Shown here one piece after another: positions 27,581 to 42,200 of a DNA stretch of 64,000 nt. The DNA lies in the NCBI RefSeq assembly GCF_032062105.1, contig NW_026935817.1:1-64000 (forward strand). Reading direction: 5' to 3'. This DNA comes from Saccostrea cucullata (lineage: Eukaryota). Numbering within the stretch: the first letter of the stretch is position 1; each line of letters begins with the position of its first letter. Made by a program: the position numbers and the translations under genes. The notes beneath the pieces are model-generated. The model did no database searches and was not told the DNA's origin. It saw nothing but the letters and a program-made list of their open reading frames with translations.

Positions 27581-28354
27581 ATAAACTCAGTCTCTGCACA
27601 AACAATACAAGAAATAATATAACGTTGGCACTGTGTACACTTCTTTGTGGTTTGGATTATAACTTTTACAAAACATTAAAGAACTGTCCGAGATCAGTTT
27701 GTTCTTCCGCGCAAAACTTACAAATGGCATGGCTTATGATATTTGATTAAAAGGAGGTATCTTAAAGAGCAAAAGGAGTCACCACCGTAACCCTTCAAAT
27801 TAAATATTGATGAACCTGAACAGCCTAATTAAATTGCTATTTATGTTGCACATTTTACTTCATAGATAATACTTGTACAGAACATAACTTTTTCAGATAC
27901 AAAATTCATTTATAACATTCTTTTTAGATGTTAAAATAATTATCAAATTGAAAGTTTTTCTTTTTTTTAAGTTAGCAACTGCATTTTGATTGAAATAAAT
28001 ATCTCCATTGGCTTTGTTTTCTAAATCATGGAATGAATACCCCCTTAGAGGAGTTGACTTGTTTTGATTTCAATTTATAGCTGTGATTAGGAGGGCAATT
28101 ATCTTCCCAACAAGAGAGAATTTAATTATGATACACACATTATTTTTTCTTAATTATTGATCAAACAAGAAAAATTGAAATGTACTAGTAATAAAGGTGT
28201 GTTTCTTAACAAATAAACCTAAGAAGACAGGTACAATATTTAGATAAACCTTTACCAAAAAAAATAAATTTTATATAATGATTAGAATGAAACTATATAA
28301 TTAGTATCAAACCAAACATTTATAAGTTACTTGTAAACATTGTCTAAGATTTTT

Positions 28355-29002
28355 TTATGCCTCGCCATGAATATGGCCGGGGCATATAGTGTTTGTCATG
28401 TCCGTCTTCCGTCCTTCTGTCCTTCCGTCTTCCGTCACACTTGCACGGATGATGCATCTAGGGATGAACACTACCAGACTTGCTTCAGATGCTGGATCTG
28501 ACCTACATTTTCCAGATAAGTGACCAGGTTAAAGTTTTTGGAGCAGGTCGATTTCCAAGGAACTATAAGCCCTACCCAATCCAAACTTTCATGGACAATG
28601 CATCTAGGGATGAATACAACCAGAATTGCTTTGGATGCTGAATCCGACCTACATTTTCATTCCCAAGTAACTATAAGCCCTACTTGAACCAAACTTGCAT
28701 GGATGATGCATCTGGGGATGGAGGCTACCAGACTTGCTTCGGATGCTGGATCTGACCTATATTTTCATTCCCAAGTAACTATAAGTCCTGTCTGAACCAA
28801 ACTTGCATGGATGATGCATCTAGGGAAGGGCACTACCAGACTTGCTTCGGATGCTGGATCTGACCTATATTTTCATTCCCAAGTAACAATAAGCCCTGCC
28901 TGAACCAAACTGATCAAATTTTTATACACATACGAATTTTCATGTTGCTTTACTAATATATCCTCGGCGGGGCATTCATGTCCTATGGTCATATTTCTAG
29001 TT
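28355..29002 (+). mobile_element. HINE/Helentron-type element with ~108-bp tandem repeats
   Basis: 5' ATGCCTCGCC..GGCCGGGGCATA, (CCGT/CTT) microsatellite, CCAAACTTGCATGGATGATGCATCT repeats, 3' GGCGGGGCAT...CTAGTT. Confidence 0.75.
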
Positions 29003-29619
29003 ATAATTGAAGGACTGAGGATATGTTTAACAATTAAACAAGACAGTCAAATGGGGAGGTAGTGCTGATAATATATCAGAAATGTGCACCATATAAAGTA
29101 ATTGAATGTAATTGAAAAAGTAATTGAAATTACATGGGATTTTTTCAGTGTAATTAATTAAATTATAATTACAAGTAATTGAAAAAATGTCCAATTACAA
29201 ATTACTTCCAATTACTTTAAAAAATGTAATTAATTACAGTCAATTACAATTACTTTTTTCAATTACCCCATCCCTGGTATCGACCACAGAACATACGAAA
29301 TGATGACTTCAAAAGAGACTACTGATATTCTTGTTTCATCAACTTGTTTGTCAATAATATACCTCGTTTATAAATTGTCAATATATATATACGGGGAGCA
29401 TGCGTATGGAATCAAATTAGATGATTCGAGATATAAAGCTAGATAAACCATATAATATATACAGGTACACTGTTAAAGTGATGAATGTATATTGCTGCAT
29501 AGGTAAGAGAAGTTGACGATTGTAAAGTTAAAGTCATTCTTCTGCATAAGTAAGAGAAGTTGACGATTGTAAAGTTAAAGTCATTCTTATGCATTCTGAA
29601 AGTCATTCTTAAGCATTTG

Positions 29620-29952
29620 ATTGTGAGCCCCCTCTACCCTTGGAGTGATGATCTAAACTTTAAATCTACACTATGTAATGAAGTCTTGAATTAAATTTGA
29701 ACCTTCTGGCTCAGTCGTTAAAAGATAACATAAATCATTCATTAATTCTTCATTATCTTCCTTTGAAAGGGGATATGGTTCTTCGTTTACACAAACAGTC
29801 AAACTTGAATCATTTTTCCAAAAGATGCTTTGTCTGAAAATTGCCAAGTGGTTCTTGAGAGGAGTTTTGAAAATATGAAAAAAGATATAGACGGACGCTG
29901 GATAAAATGTGATCAGAAAAGTTAACTTGTGTTTTTAACTGACGTGAGCTTT
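29620..29952 (-). mobile_element. Degenerate Cg170-type HINE fragment
   Basis: Reverse-complement similarity to the 5' end of 902-1613 (GATCAGAAAAG...GTGAGCT). Confidence 0.55.
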
Positions 29953-30656
29953 AAACATTCCCTCACTACCTAGAGATATCAAAGCACACAATATTAGAAA
30001 AATAATTATTAATTAGCAGCATAAGTAGTATGCAAAATGAAATAGAGGAAGTTCAAGAACATTTGCAATGTTTTTTTTTTCTTCGTCACATTGCAATCAG
30101 TAGTCTTAAATTGGCTCAAAGCCAATGATTTACCGAAGAAAAAAAGTCATCGATAGCTATTTGAGATAACATGCCGAAAAAATAAAACATTTAGATATAC
30201 TGTCTGCATCTCTGTTCTAGTCACCCGAATAATCATTATTGTGTGATGAATATATAGATAGTAATCCGATAAAATATGATCACCCGGAAACTGTCTGAAA
30301 CACAGACACAGTAAAAATTCAATTGTTGGTCAATACCTGAGTATACTAGAGAATCAATGATATACGATTTTATCCCTGGAGACATGTGTGCAGTTGCAAC
30401 TGTTAGACTTAAATCTGTTGTTGATGGCAGCATAAAAAACCTTTGTATAAATAGGGGATTACTTGGCCGTTGTTTTGGTTTTTTTTTTTTTAAATCTTTC
30501 GTTTATTCAAAAACCTTATTTGCCTTGATAATTATTTGAATATTTTAAAATATTTTAGAGTATGAAATAACTACCAACTAAACATAAATGTAATTAATAC
30601 TCTGAGGATTTTAAAAGCTGAAGTCAAGCTCGGAAAGAAATAAAACAACATAAATG

Positions 30657-32566
30657 AACTAGTGCTAATTGTAACGGGAACCGTTACAGATGTTTCCCAA
30701 ACGCTCCCCAGCTTCCATCTGGTGCCATATTCACAGTAAGCTTCATAAAATAAGACAAATTCTGTGCATTTTTGACTTTATCAACGTTTTCACAGGAGAC
30801 CAAATATATTCAAGTTTTAGCATTGGACCCTTGCACATGTGACCATATCATCTTATCTAGACTATCTTTATATTTTTATATACTAAATATTAAAGTCCAA
30901 AAGTATTAAAAAACACTCATCCAAGTGTATTTTTGATTTCACTCGTTCAAATGCACGCACGTGTTTGCATGTGCATAATGACCATACCTTCTTGTAGGTG
31001 TCCCTATATTTATCTATGTTCTAAATACCATCATGTTTGGTTGGAAAACAAAGGAGTTATAGCAGTTTTACGTTTCAGCCAATCAGATTGCAGCAAACGT
31101 GCATGCGCGTGATTTCATGATTTTTTTCTATATCGTAGCGTAGGATATCCTAATGAATGACTATGTTTAAAATTTCAAACCATTTCCTCAAAAACAAAGG
31201 AGATGTAGCCATTTCACGTTTCAGGCAAACAGATTGCAGCACAGGTGCATGTGCGTGATTTCTTGAAATTTTTTGTATATTATATTGCAGGACATCCTAA
31301 TGTATGACTCAGTATATTTTACATTTCAAAGCATTTTGTCAAAAAACAAAGGAGATATAGTCATTTAAAGTTTCAGCAAATCAGATTGCAGCACACGTGC
31401 ATGCGCGTGATTTCATAAAATGTTTTCAATAGCATATTGTAAGATATCATATTTTATGACTATGTTTAAAATTTGACAGCATTTCGTCAAAAAACAACAG
31501 AGATATTGCGATTTTTGTTTCAGCCAATCAGAGCAAAGCTCACGTGTACGCATGTGAGTTCATGCTAATTTGACAGTGTCACGATATTAACACTGTTAAT
31601 TTATCTTTATGTAATGAGTTTCAAAGCATTTCATCAAAAATTGAAAAAGTTACGGCCATACTAATTATATCAGTCCTTTCACTCACTTCACGCGCCCGCA
31701 TGTGCATGCGTATGCGCGCAAAATGACCTTCGTTCGGCACATCTACACAACACACCTATTTACCCTAAAAGGGTTTTAACTTAGTTTGGTGAACAGTTTC
31801 TGGGAACACTTCCGGACAAAAAAGTACCGGAGAAGAAATAAGAAGAAACCAGAAAAGAAACTCGTTGCGATGTCTTCCGACCGATTTTGGAAAAAAAAGT
31901 AAAATCGAGCTGAAAAAGTAATTAAAAAGTTTGGACACATGGGGATTGAACCCGGGTCGCCAGCGTGAAATCCAATGCGCTAACCATTACGCCTTTCGGA
32001 GCCGCCGCTTGAAATTTTAAAATGCGAATATCTCGAGGTTGGTTTTTTAAACCCTAAATCAAATGACATTTTTAGCATTCTCAAGTGTTTTTCTATTAAA
32101 ATTAGTAATACATGTATAGATGAAAAATATTTAAAAACAGAAAAGTTCAAAAAATTACGCTTTTTCAATCACTTCCTGCGGCGACCGAAAGTAGCGACGA
32201 CACACAAAATGTTCTTCTCCCACATTCTCTAATCAAACTCTATCATACCTGAAAGTTTCAGACTGCTGCCTTTTGTAGTTTCTGGGAATATTCACAGCGT
32301 CTTAAACAATATACCAATCAATCAATCACGGACAAGATTTTTAGTGGAAAAAAAAATCGTAATAATTCTTGACCGGAAGTGAATTTTTAAAATTTTTACA
32401 TATATTTCAAAATGGCATGACACAACAGGTCATTCCTGAAAATTTGGTTGAAATCCATTTAGTAGTTTTTGAGAAATCGCGAAAAAGTAAAAAAAAAATA
32501 ATAATGAAAAATAATAAGAAACAGTAGAATCACTATAAGGTCTTCCGTGAAGACGGAAGACCTTCA
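30657..32566 (-). mobile_element. Adjacent or nested HINE-type elements with ~147-bp satellite units and a tRNA-derived segment
   Basis: AACTAG plus hairpin TGTAACGGGAACCGTTACA; four TTTCAGCCAATCAGATTGCAGCACACGTGCATG units at 31070-31560; terminal hairpin AAGGTCTTCCGTGAAGACGGAAGACCTT; tRNA-like A/B boxes at ~31933-31997. Confidence 0.65.
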
Positions 32567-32924
32567 CTAGAAACTCTTGTTGCTACAGCAACATAGAAGG
32601 TCTTCCGTTCTCCTCTATTTATATGTATAAATGATCATTCATCTATGTAAAAAAAGGCATATAATATTTACAATGATTACAAGAAAACAAACGGCCGGAG
32701 GTGTAACCTACCAAGATTCTCGATGTTACTCTAGACAATTATAGTCTTAATAACATTTATTAAAATCATTTTCAATTTTTCTAATCACTTCCTGTGACGA
32801 CCGGAAGTGACGGCGGGCACATTTTACCTTATTTGTGTTGCCCAATCTTCATGGTTTATGATTCATATAAGTTTAGTGTCTTGATATGTTACACTTCAAG
32901 AAATCTCGTTTATTATTCATTTAA

Positions 32925-33140
32925 CGAGGCTGGGGTGTGGCAGCCATTTTCAGACTATTTTTATCTCCTTTAAAAGGAGAGCTCCATATGAAGATACAGA
33001 AAATGATCAAATTTTAAAACTATAGTTGAATGAATTTTTTCTTTGTGAAATGATAGTAGACAGCTGAAGTTACCGTATCTAAAAAAATAAGTTAAATCTG
33101 GTGGTTAATTTGTGATTAATTTGTTGACCCCCCAGCCTCC
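32925..33140. mobile_element. Small TTAA-flanked MITE
   Basis: TTAA-CGAGGCTGGGG...CCCCAGCCTCC-TTAA. Confidence 0.65.
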
Positions 33141-34167
33141 TTAAGTTCAGTGTCTTGATCTGTTACTGTATAAGAGATCTCATGATGTTAACTTCTAGCT
33201 CATTTTGAGGACATGATATCAAGTGACCGGAGGTAAATTTTTAAGAAGATGTGTTATGATACTCAAGACATTTCAGTCTGAATAACATGTCCTAAAATAA
33301 ACTGGAAGTTAATGTGTCATATGTAAAATTTGAAAATATATCTATATAATTTTCGAAGAATTAAATAAGTGGTTTACAATACAGAAGCTCAATGAAGGAC
33401 GCCCAGAACAATTAGGTAAAATAAAAATATCAGGGATCGAACGAATAATATCTTGTCAAAGTAGGTTTAAAATAATTATTATAAATAAATAAAAGCTTGA
33501 AACTTGGATGTCTGACATTGTAGTTACTCATCAAATGATAAAAATATGAGACCCTGCTTACGATACATGCTCACCGAGTGGTATATAAATAAAATTGAAC
33601 ATCAATTAATAGAGCTGATACCTAGGAAGAAATAAAACCACAATTTTTCAGCTCGTATGAGGCCCGCTCTATACTTCCTATTTCAATTTCTTAACTAGCA
33701 TATGTTTTATTTCAAGGTTATTCAATTAATAGATAAGCGTGTAAACTTTCACAGCTGCACTATCGTAAATTGAGTTTATTTAAGGAAACTCTAAACACTA
33801 ACAGAAACTGTTTTTTTTTTCTGGGAGAAAAATATATCATATAAAGATATGCATATTGAGACTTTTTTACTCATTTAGAACATAGGGTACGTGCCTTATT
33901 TGTGCAGGAAAAATGTCCAAAGACAATGGACTATTTGTGAGCAGAAATCACTGTTGTTTACTTGCATTGTAAAAATTGATGAAAATAATTAAATTTCTTA
34001 CTCTTGGTCTTTTATAATGCTAAAAATATTTCAATCTATGACAAATCATGTTAATAACTGTAAATAACAATTTCTTTAATCTTGCATCTGAGGGCAGATC
34101 ACTCTAACTCCATAAAACTACCCTATGAATAGAGCTCTTTAGTGTGCAGTGTCTAGAGCGTCCTTAA

Positions 34168-34925
34168 GGTGGAATATCCCTCTGATAAGAGAGATAACTC
34201 TTCTGATAAGAGAAATAACTTTCTTCAGACATTTTATCATGAAATTCAGTGAATTATCATGTCAGAGTTTACAAGTTTCATTCATTGGAACAATTTTATG
34301 GTCAACTCAATCAAACTTATTTCATGGTACAAATGTTGATTTATAGTTTCTATTGCTAGTATGTACATTAATGATTTATAATAATGTACTTAAAACATTT
34401 ATACTCAGTTCTTTAAACAGTGTAAATTGAAAAATCTCTATCTCTTAAAGTATAATTCTTTTAATTGTACAGAAATTTCAGATGTAGTATTGTTTATAAA
34501 CATTTAATTAATATTTTGTTTCATTAAAAAATATTTTCAAGGGCGATAATGGAACGATAACTCTTGTTTATGGATGCGTGTTATTTTACATGCACAGAAA
34601 AGAATTTGTAATTGTGATTTAAAAAGCAGCGCTTCAGTATGTTTTCTAATGGGAATTAGATAGGTATGAGAGTAAATATTATTTTTATATATACCTCATA
34701 TTTCTAATTTAATTGTGAGATAAAAAATAATAAATCTTTCTATTTACCATATCAAATTTTCTTCACATTATGATTTGACATATTATTCATTTCTGAAAAA
34801 AGTAAGCAACGCTTCATACTTCAAACTATTTTCCATTTGAATTTAATGGTATAGTTGTTGCTAAAAATCATTGTCTGGATTTTTTAAAAAAAGTCGTGAA
34901 ATTTGGAGCAGAGGGATATTGTCCC
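34168..34925. mobile_element. TTAA-flanked MITE just upstream of the GPCR
   Basis: TTAA on both sides; imperfect TIR GGnnnAATATCCCTCTG. Confidence 0.6.
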
Positions 34926-35146
34926 TTAATCTTCATTAAAACTCCGTTAAACTGTAAACAAGTTGAAGCAGTGTATACGAGAAGCAAAACCGACAACAAT
35001 GGCTGATTAGAATTAGTGTTGTTTGGAGCTGGGATTTTCTTTTCATGAACTACATGCAGATATCTGTACCTTTATACATCACTGACATGACTGAAGACAA
35101 CTGATTATTATTTCCATTTGTACCCAGACCACCTCCCACATTTTCG

Positions 35147-36055
35147 ATGGATAACACTACGTCCACGTTCGATCCCAGGGATCGTTTTATTGTGCCAGTG
35201 TACTTGGAAACAAAGTCCTTATCTGTTACGATTGCTGTCATTGTTTTAATGTTTCTTGGATTACTAGGAAACTTTGTAGCATTTTTGAAAATAATTCTGG
35301 ATGCAAGTTTGCGGAAGGGAATTTTTATTGTAGTTGCTGGTCTTGCAGCTAGTGATATGATAAGTTTATTCTCCTACATTTCACATTTCTTTTTACATTT
35401 ATCGAAATTAACATTGGACATCAAAGTGTGTTCTGCATTCATGACAATTTCCTATTTCACTGCGCATGCTTCAGCTTGTCATGTGATTTTTCTTCTAGGA
35501 TTGCGTTATTTCAGCGTCTCAAAACCATTAAGATACGAGAGTTTACAACACGTAGCGATAATTAAAATATTGGCATTAATTTGGTTTGTGAGTGCATTAT
35601 TTTGTGGATTGTACCACGTTCTGCGTTTTGAAACAAATCTTAATATTGCTATTGTTGTATTTATTTTCCGTGGATATTTAATCATTGATCCAATTTCATT
35701 TATATGCTATTTTCATGGTCGCAAAAGTTCGCGTTTACGGAACTCATTAAGGATATCAAATTTATCAGAAACCGGCATTGACTCAAGAACTCACAACATA
35801 AAACATCAGATTCGAATGACGTCACGTATGATCTTGATTGTGTTGTGGATTTATATTGCGTCGTCGACTCTCTTTCCCATTTCTTTTGCTTTGATTTACT
35901 TTCAAGTGTGTTCTAATGAGGAAAATTGTGCACAAATTCTTATTGCGTCATGTATGGCCTGGTTGGTGAATTTTGCGTTTAATCCTATTGTTTATCTGTC
36001 TTTCATGAGTAAACTTTTCAAGCATAAACCAAAAAGAAGACAGATCATCAAATGA
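35147..36055 (+). CDS. Intronless divergent class-A GPCR, 302 aa
   Basis: Seven TM segments; TM1 GLLGN, TM2 LAASD, LRY in place of DRY with KPLRY, TM7 NPIVY; no canonical CWxP. Confidence 0.88.
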   Translation: MDNTTSTFDPRDRFIVPVYLETKSLSVTIAVIVLMFLGLLGNFVAFLKIILDASLRKGIFIVVAGLAASDMISLFSYISHFFLHLSKLTLDIKVCSAFMTISYFTAHASACHVIFLLGLRYFSVSKPLRYESLQHVAIIKILALIWFVSALFCGLYHVLRFETNLNIAIVVFIFRGYLIIDPISFICYFHGRKSSRLRNSLRISNLSETGIDSRTHNIKHQIRMTSRMILIVLWIYIASSTLFPISFALIYFQVCSNEENCAQILIASCMAWLVNFAFNPIVYLSFMSKLFKHKPKRRQIIK

Positions 36056-38351
36056 CTGTAAATGTTGAGTTCACATCATTCTAATTGCTGGTTTAATTGT
36101 TTGTATCCTAAATTATGATCTTGGTTTGATTAATTCATACATGTCTCCCAAATTCATTTAGTAGGACTGTGTATTGATCAAAATAAGTATGGGTATGATA
36201 CAATGAGGGTTGTCCATTAAGTCCGAAGACAAATGTTATAATTTTCATTGTAATGATAAATAATTATAAACATGTCTGACTTTGATTTTCATAGAAATAT
36301 TTTGGTATACACTAATTATATCTTGAGCCAATTATCTTGACAAAAACGGCATTTTTAACCATCTGTTAGAACCACCTCGAATATATCCAAAAAAAAAAAA
36401 AGATAAAAAATAAGAACACCAGTGAAAACGATATTCATTATTTTGAATTCAGATAAGAAGTCATTTTAAAACAAAATTCATTCAAAATTCACACTTCGTT
36501 TATGGGGGGGGGGGGGTATTATGAATTGATTCTTTTCATTAATGTTAACAATTGGGATTCATAGATAAGAAACGATTTACTTTATCATTAAGGAATTTTC
36601 ACTGGCAATTAATTAATATGCATAATTATAATTCCTGCAGGTTTTGTTCTATCTTTACATATCATGGAAAGGTTTCCTCTACAAGATTACATTAAAATCA
36701 ATGATATGAAAGACTCTGTTTGGTTTGTTCTATTTTCAAGAGGACAAGTATTTGTCGATTTTAAAAAAAAATAAATGGATTTTTTTCCCTTTTTGTCAGC
36801 CCTTTTTTTGCTTTCAACATTTTTATGGAGAAAAGGAAGATGTCTCTTTCGCACTCCTTTTCAAAAATATCCATTATCTATTCAAAGTTTTTAACTCAAG
36901 CGTATTAGACACGATGGCCTCATCGCTTTGTCTAGGGATAAAACCAATGTATACAAACTGTTCGGTAATTTAAAACATGAAAGAACATCAAATTTCACGA
37001 ATGACGTGCATACTATAATTGAAAATTAAGAAGAAAATGGAATAAAATTAATTGCGCATTAATTCAATCTTCAACAATCTGGAGCGCTTCACATCCACGA
37101 GTAAATCAATGTATAAGAAAAATACAACTGTAATTAATTACTCATTTATCGTGATACTTTCATACCTTATCAGCTAGGCCATCTTGAAAAGTTGTTTGAT
37201 TGCCCTCTCCAGACAGACTGAATAAAAATGACCCGAGTCATTTTTTTTTTACATACCAGGACATATTTTTTCTTTTCCTTCCCATTTTTCCGTAAACAAA
37301 GATATTGAAATTTTCTGAAAAAAAAAGATTTTCCCGTCCACCAATTGACCCAATGATTTTACCCAAAATAGGGAGAGGGTAAGCAAACATTATGCTAAAG
37401 ATGGCTCTATCAAAACTAATATTAGAATTTACAGGTTTATTATATTTCCCTAAATTTTAATATCGTAAATGAGATAAGATAATTAGAAAATCGATAGATG
37501 TAAAAAAAAAAAATGATTCTCTTTGCCAAAAAATGCATAGTAACATTTACATTCATCATAACTGAAACCTTTGATATTTTTGACATATTTTTTAAAACTG
37601 TCATCTTCGTAAGTTTTATATGTTTTTATTGTTAGGAGAAGAAGGATGGAAGAAGAACAATCAAGCAATGTTTTATGAAATACACATGTACTTATATAAA
37701 TAGACAGCGACTATATTGTATACAAATTTAACGTCTGAGGATATAATACATTCATGAATTTTTATCGAGCACGATTTTGTTTTTCAAATTTTGAAATCAC
37801 CGTCAGTCAAAATCATAATATGACGATAAAAAAAGTTTATTCTAGTGTACAGTATTGGTTTACCAAGTGGAATGAAATGATGAACACTATATTTTTTTAT
37901 CAGTCCAAATTTGCCTGAATTTTTCAAACTAGTATTTTAAAATTATTTTCGTATAAAAAAAAATCTTAATTGTTTTTTTTTCTATTTCGACCAAGGCATG
38001 AACAAACACACACACAACAATGTTACATTAAAAACAAGATGTGTATCTTTCCATTTGGAAAAAAAAACAAAAAAGAGATGATACGTACATATAAAATGAA
38101 TAATAATAAATATTTCATCTATTCTTGGTATGCATACATAGAAATTATTAAGATGGACAGATAAAATAGGGTACACAACTAGTTTTTGAAATGACTTCAT
38201 AGTCCCTTATTTTAATTGCGAAAACTGTTTGTATGTTTTTAAACTAAAATTCTCTTTATGTAAAGGTTTTAGTATTCTCCCATCATCATGTCCATTTTTC
38301 ATGTTGAAGGCAGTTACAAGCAATACTTTCTAAGATATTATTTTTCAAGTA

Positions 38352-39163
38352 TCAAATACTGTTATATGATCCTTTTTTCTTTCCTCGTCGAACTATAAAT
38401 AACACACCATCCTGCAACAAAAAAAAAACAACATAATTAAATATTACCCAGTCATCTCCTATAAATCAGTCTATTTACGAAAATAAAGAAAGTTTGGCAT
38501 CGATCTTCTGTAAATTAAATATATTCTGTTACATATTGTTATAGGTCAGCTTTGTCAAAATTTAGCAGACATTAACACGTTCAAAGGAAAACTTCTATAT
38601 GTGTTTGTTATTTGAAAGTATTGAGAAAGAACAAGCTAAAGTTTGATTTCTACTTCTTAACGAAAGTTAATGATAATCTAGATTTTTTTTTTATACTAGT
38701 ATTATACGAGGGTTGTCCGTAAAGTCCGTGGACAACATTGATTATTTCTTACAAACATTGATAAAATATATGAAACTATTATTTTCATGAAATTAATGTT
38801 TCAATTTAACAAATTTTAAACAAAAACAAAGCACAAATAGTTATATTTTTATAAGATACAAAAAAAAAAGAAAAAAAAAGACACGCACTCATACCGGAGC
38901 ACAAAACGAAAATCCTTGAAGTTACCCGACATCAAGAGCTTAATACATGTAAATTTTCTCAACACAGTCACCGTTTAACTCAATACATTTCTTATGTCGC
39001 TTTAAACAGTCATCAAAAATGTGTACAAACTATTCAGATTTCATATGTAAAATAATATTTAACACTTCCTGTCTCAGATCCTGCAAATCATAAAACATTT
39101 GATGATCGTAAAACGACTTTATTTAAGGAAATACGGCAAAGTCACATTACGGAATTCAATTTT

Positions 39164-39238
<75 letters not shown>

Positions 39239-42200
39239 AGCAATATAAATCTTGGAATGATGGTCTTCCTTCATGCATATCTTCCTGTAAACTGTTCCTT
39301 CCATCCGAAAATTTTACATTCCACTTAAATACATAAGAACGGTTTCCTTTACTCTATTTTCCCGACTGTTTACAGCATTTATATGTGTCTGTTGATGTTT
39401 TTCCGATGTTTACGCAGAATTCTATTACTGCTCTGTGCTCTTCCTTTTACGAAAACGTCCCTTTTTCAAACAATGCCGATTTCTAGGCCATGTCTAAACT
39501 CTAAACGACCAAAATTTGCAGGTTTGAAGTGTAATAATGAAGCTATATTTGTTGTTATATATTTGAAATTCAATATAGTTTCACATTATGTAATTCACAT
39601 TTAGTAAATGATTATAAATATGTTAAAAATAAATATTAATGACACCATTTTTTATTTAAATTTTAGCTTGTCCACGACCTTTACGGACAACCCTCGTATA
39701 TACATGTTCATGTACCTCTTGCTGATATACCAATAAGAATTGGAAAAAAGAAACACATAACATCTTTAACAAATGTCAAAAATCAGACACATTTTCTGTC
39801 ACACCTCTGCATTTTACTATAAATATCACTATGGGAAGTGGGGAAGTATACCGTGCATTTAAGGTAGTCCGATCCTCAGGTTGATAAAATAAGCAGCTGA
39901 GTAATCAAAAAACTCATAAAAGTATCTCTGAATCCACAAAGTTATGTAAATTTATCCACAGTATTTCTTTAAAGTTAAAAGATTAAAGTTAATCACATTA
40001 TATAGGGAAAGTTGTCAAATCTCCAATATTTTTGCAGAAAAAAGCGCAATGAAATATCAGCAATGCATTTTCTAATAGAAAAATGATCAACAAATATATT
40101 TTAGGTTGAAAAACGATAGGTGTCCAGGCATTCAGAGAAACTTCATGAATTTTACACTTATTTGGTATTTTTGTCCTCTATTTCCGTCATGTATTCTATA
40201 ATACAGAGTGTAAAAGGCTTTTGCTGTCATTTTAGACACCACGAATCATTTCTCATTTCATATCATGCTAATAAGCATTGGTATCAAAGGCTTGATTCAA
40301 GAAAATCTTATTTCTCTAAAATTGTATTATTTCTCTCCCCCCCCCCTTCTATAGGGTACAAATATAAACTTTTAGAAGACCTTTTCTAAGACTTCCAAAA
40401 ACCTTGAATCTTGATATAAAGATGAAAAAAATGAAAATTATTGCATGAAAAAAATTTCATTTTCAAGCTTCATTTTGATGCATTTGAAATTAAATATTAA
40501 TTTTTGGAATTATCTTTCCTGGCTGAGGATCGGATATCCTTAAATGTAATAATATATCAGATCGATGTTCTCGATGTTATACAGCTCAACAAACTTTTTA
40601 AGCTCACATGTTTTTTCGCACAAATTAAGGTCACATTGTTGTAATAAAAAATACCTTTTTTGAACTGTACTGCAATAACATATCCCTTCGTTATATTACA
40701 TATTTAATGTCAAGCATAAATGTCTTTTGAAATTATTATCTGAAGTCTCCAAAGTGGATGTTTTAAAGGGGAACTTATGAATAAATGGTAGGATGTTTCG
40801 ACTATACGATTCTTCCATAGGTTTTTACAAATCGTATAAAACGAGCCTTCCTTGATACCATGTAGTTGAAAATTTTAAATTTTCTTCTTCAAGGTGAGTG
40901 TTTTTTCAAAGTCTTTGCTCATTTACTATACTCCTCTTGGTTTTGTCGAAATGTAGAACCAAAAAGGGATAACATTGCAGAAGGAAACTACACTAAAGGG
41001 TAGGATAATGAAGTATTGTTTATTTTTTTGAATGGTAAATTCCTTCTATGGAAAGGAAAATTATTCTGCATTTATGGTTTGAAAGTTAAAATTTTGCAGT
41101 GGGATGAATCACTCTTGATTCTAGATTTTAGAAGTTGACTTTAAAACATCCCACCTTATTAACATAGAAGGCAGTCAAACAGATGAAAATTTAAAGTTGA
41201 TTTTATATGACAAATGTTCATGTCTTTTATGTGATTTGATAATTACTTTCTGAAAATTTGAGGTGTAAGGAACAGTGCCTCAAAGACTTGTAGTGCAGAT
41301 GTTCTTCTGAGACTGTAATTCTTTTGAATGAAAGCTAGAAAATTATGGTCAGAATAATCGAAAAGAAGTAGTAACAAAAAATAACATATAAAATTTTTGA
41401 GGTTAAAAAAGATTCTACATACCTTAATGAGACCGGGAAGTCCAAACCAGAAACTGGAATTAGGAATAGCATTCTTGCCACTATTTTTCCTTATAAAGAT
41501 TTGGAATAACACTCCGCCAATTAAATAAACAAATAACAGGCCAAAAAATCTAAAAATAAAATCAAATATGGAGTACACTGCAGGAAAATGGTTGTAAATT
41601 TAATAATAGACTGTATATCATTATAAGATTTCGAAAGCTAGCTTTTGGTAAAAAAAAAAAAAAAACAGTACTCAAATCCCATTCTTTATAATAATATTAT
41701 ATCCAGATTACTTAAACGATATATATACTTACATTATAATTAGTATGCTCCCTGCTGATATTCCACCACTGTCCTTCCGGGGACATGCGTATTTACTTTG
41801 AAAAGTTAATACCTAAAATGAATATGATTGATTCATTATATGTTGTTTACATAATGTTCGAAAGTTTTTCACTCATATAGAGGCATCGCCATATACCGTC
41901 GAAGGGCTTCATATGACATTTAATTTCTAATAAAATTACATAATAAAAGGATATTTTTGTGTATATGGTATGCTATACTTGAAAAGATTGCTATTATTTA
42001 AATACCTGTCTAAAGATAAAACATGTAAACCCAAAGTATTACTCGTTTCTTCTTTATTATTTCATGGATTTTATAAATATTCAGATTTTATTGTATCTAG
42101 GTTCCTTTGAAGCACCGTATGACAATGTCAACTCCTTTTTCTAGCGTGACAAATGCAATATATTTTTGTTATACTCACATAGGTTGCCGAGCCTGTCTCC

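Larger units (their letters stand above)
23331..29276. mobile_element. hAT-type MITE carrying nested LINE and HINE insertions
   Basis: Perfect 8-bp TSD GTATCGAC (23323-23330, 29277-29284); TIR CAGGGATGGGGT; AATTAC subterminal repeats. Confidence 0.88.
21984..29430 (-). mobile_element. Penelope-like retroelement relic split by two DNA-transposon insertions
   Basis: Pieces 21984-22216, 23301-23330 and 29285-29430 rejoin to match the reverse complement of 42985-43510 and the copy at 44990-45310. Confidence 0.7.

Noticed and set aside
29494-29590. 47-bp tandem duplication
   Set aside because: Local slippage in TE-derived DNA with no functional cue.
31933-31997. tRNA gene on the minus strand (Glu-like loop)
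   Set aside because: A/B boxes are present but the acceptor and anticodon stems do not pair, and it is embedded in a repeat.
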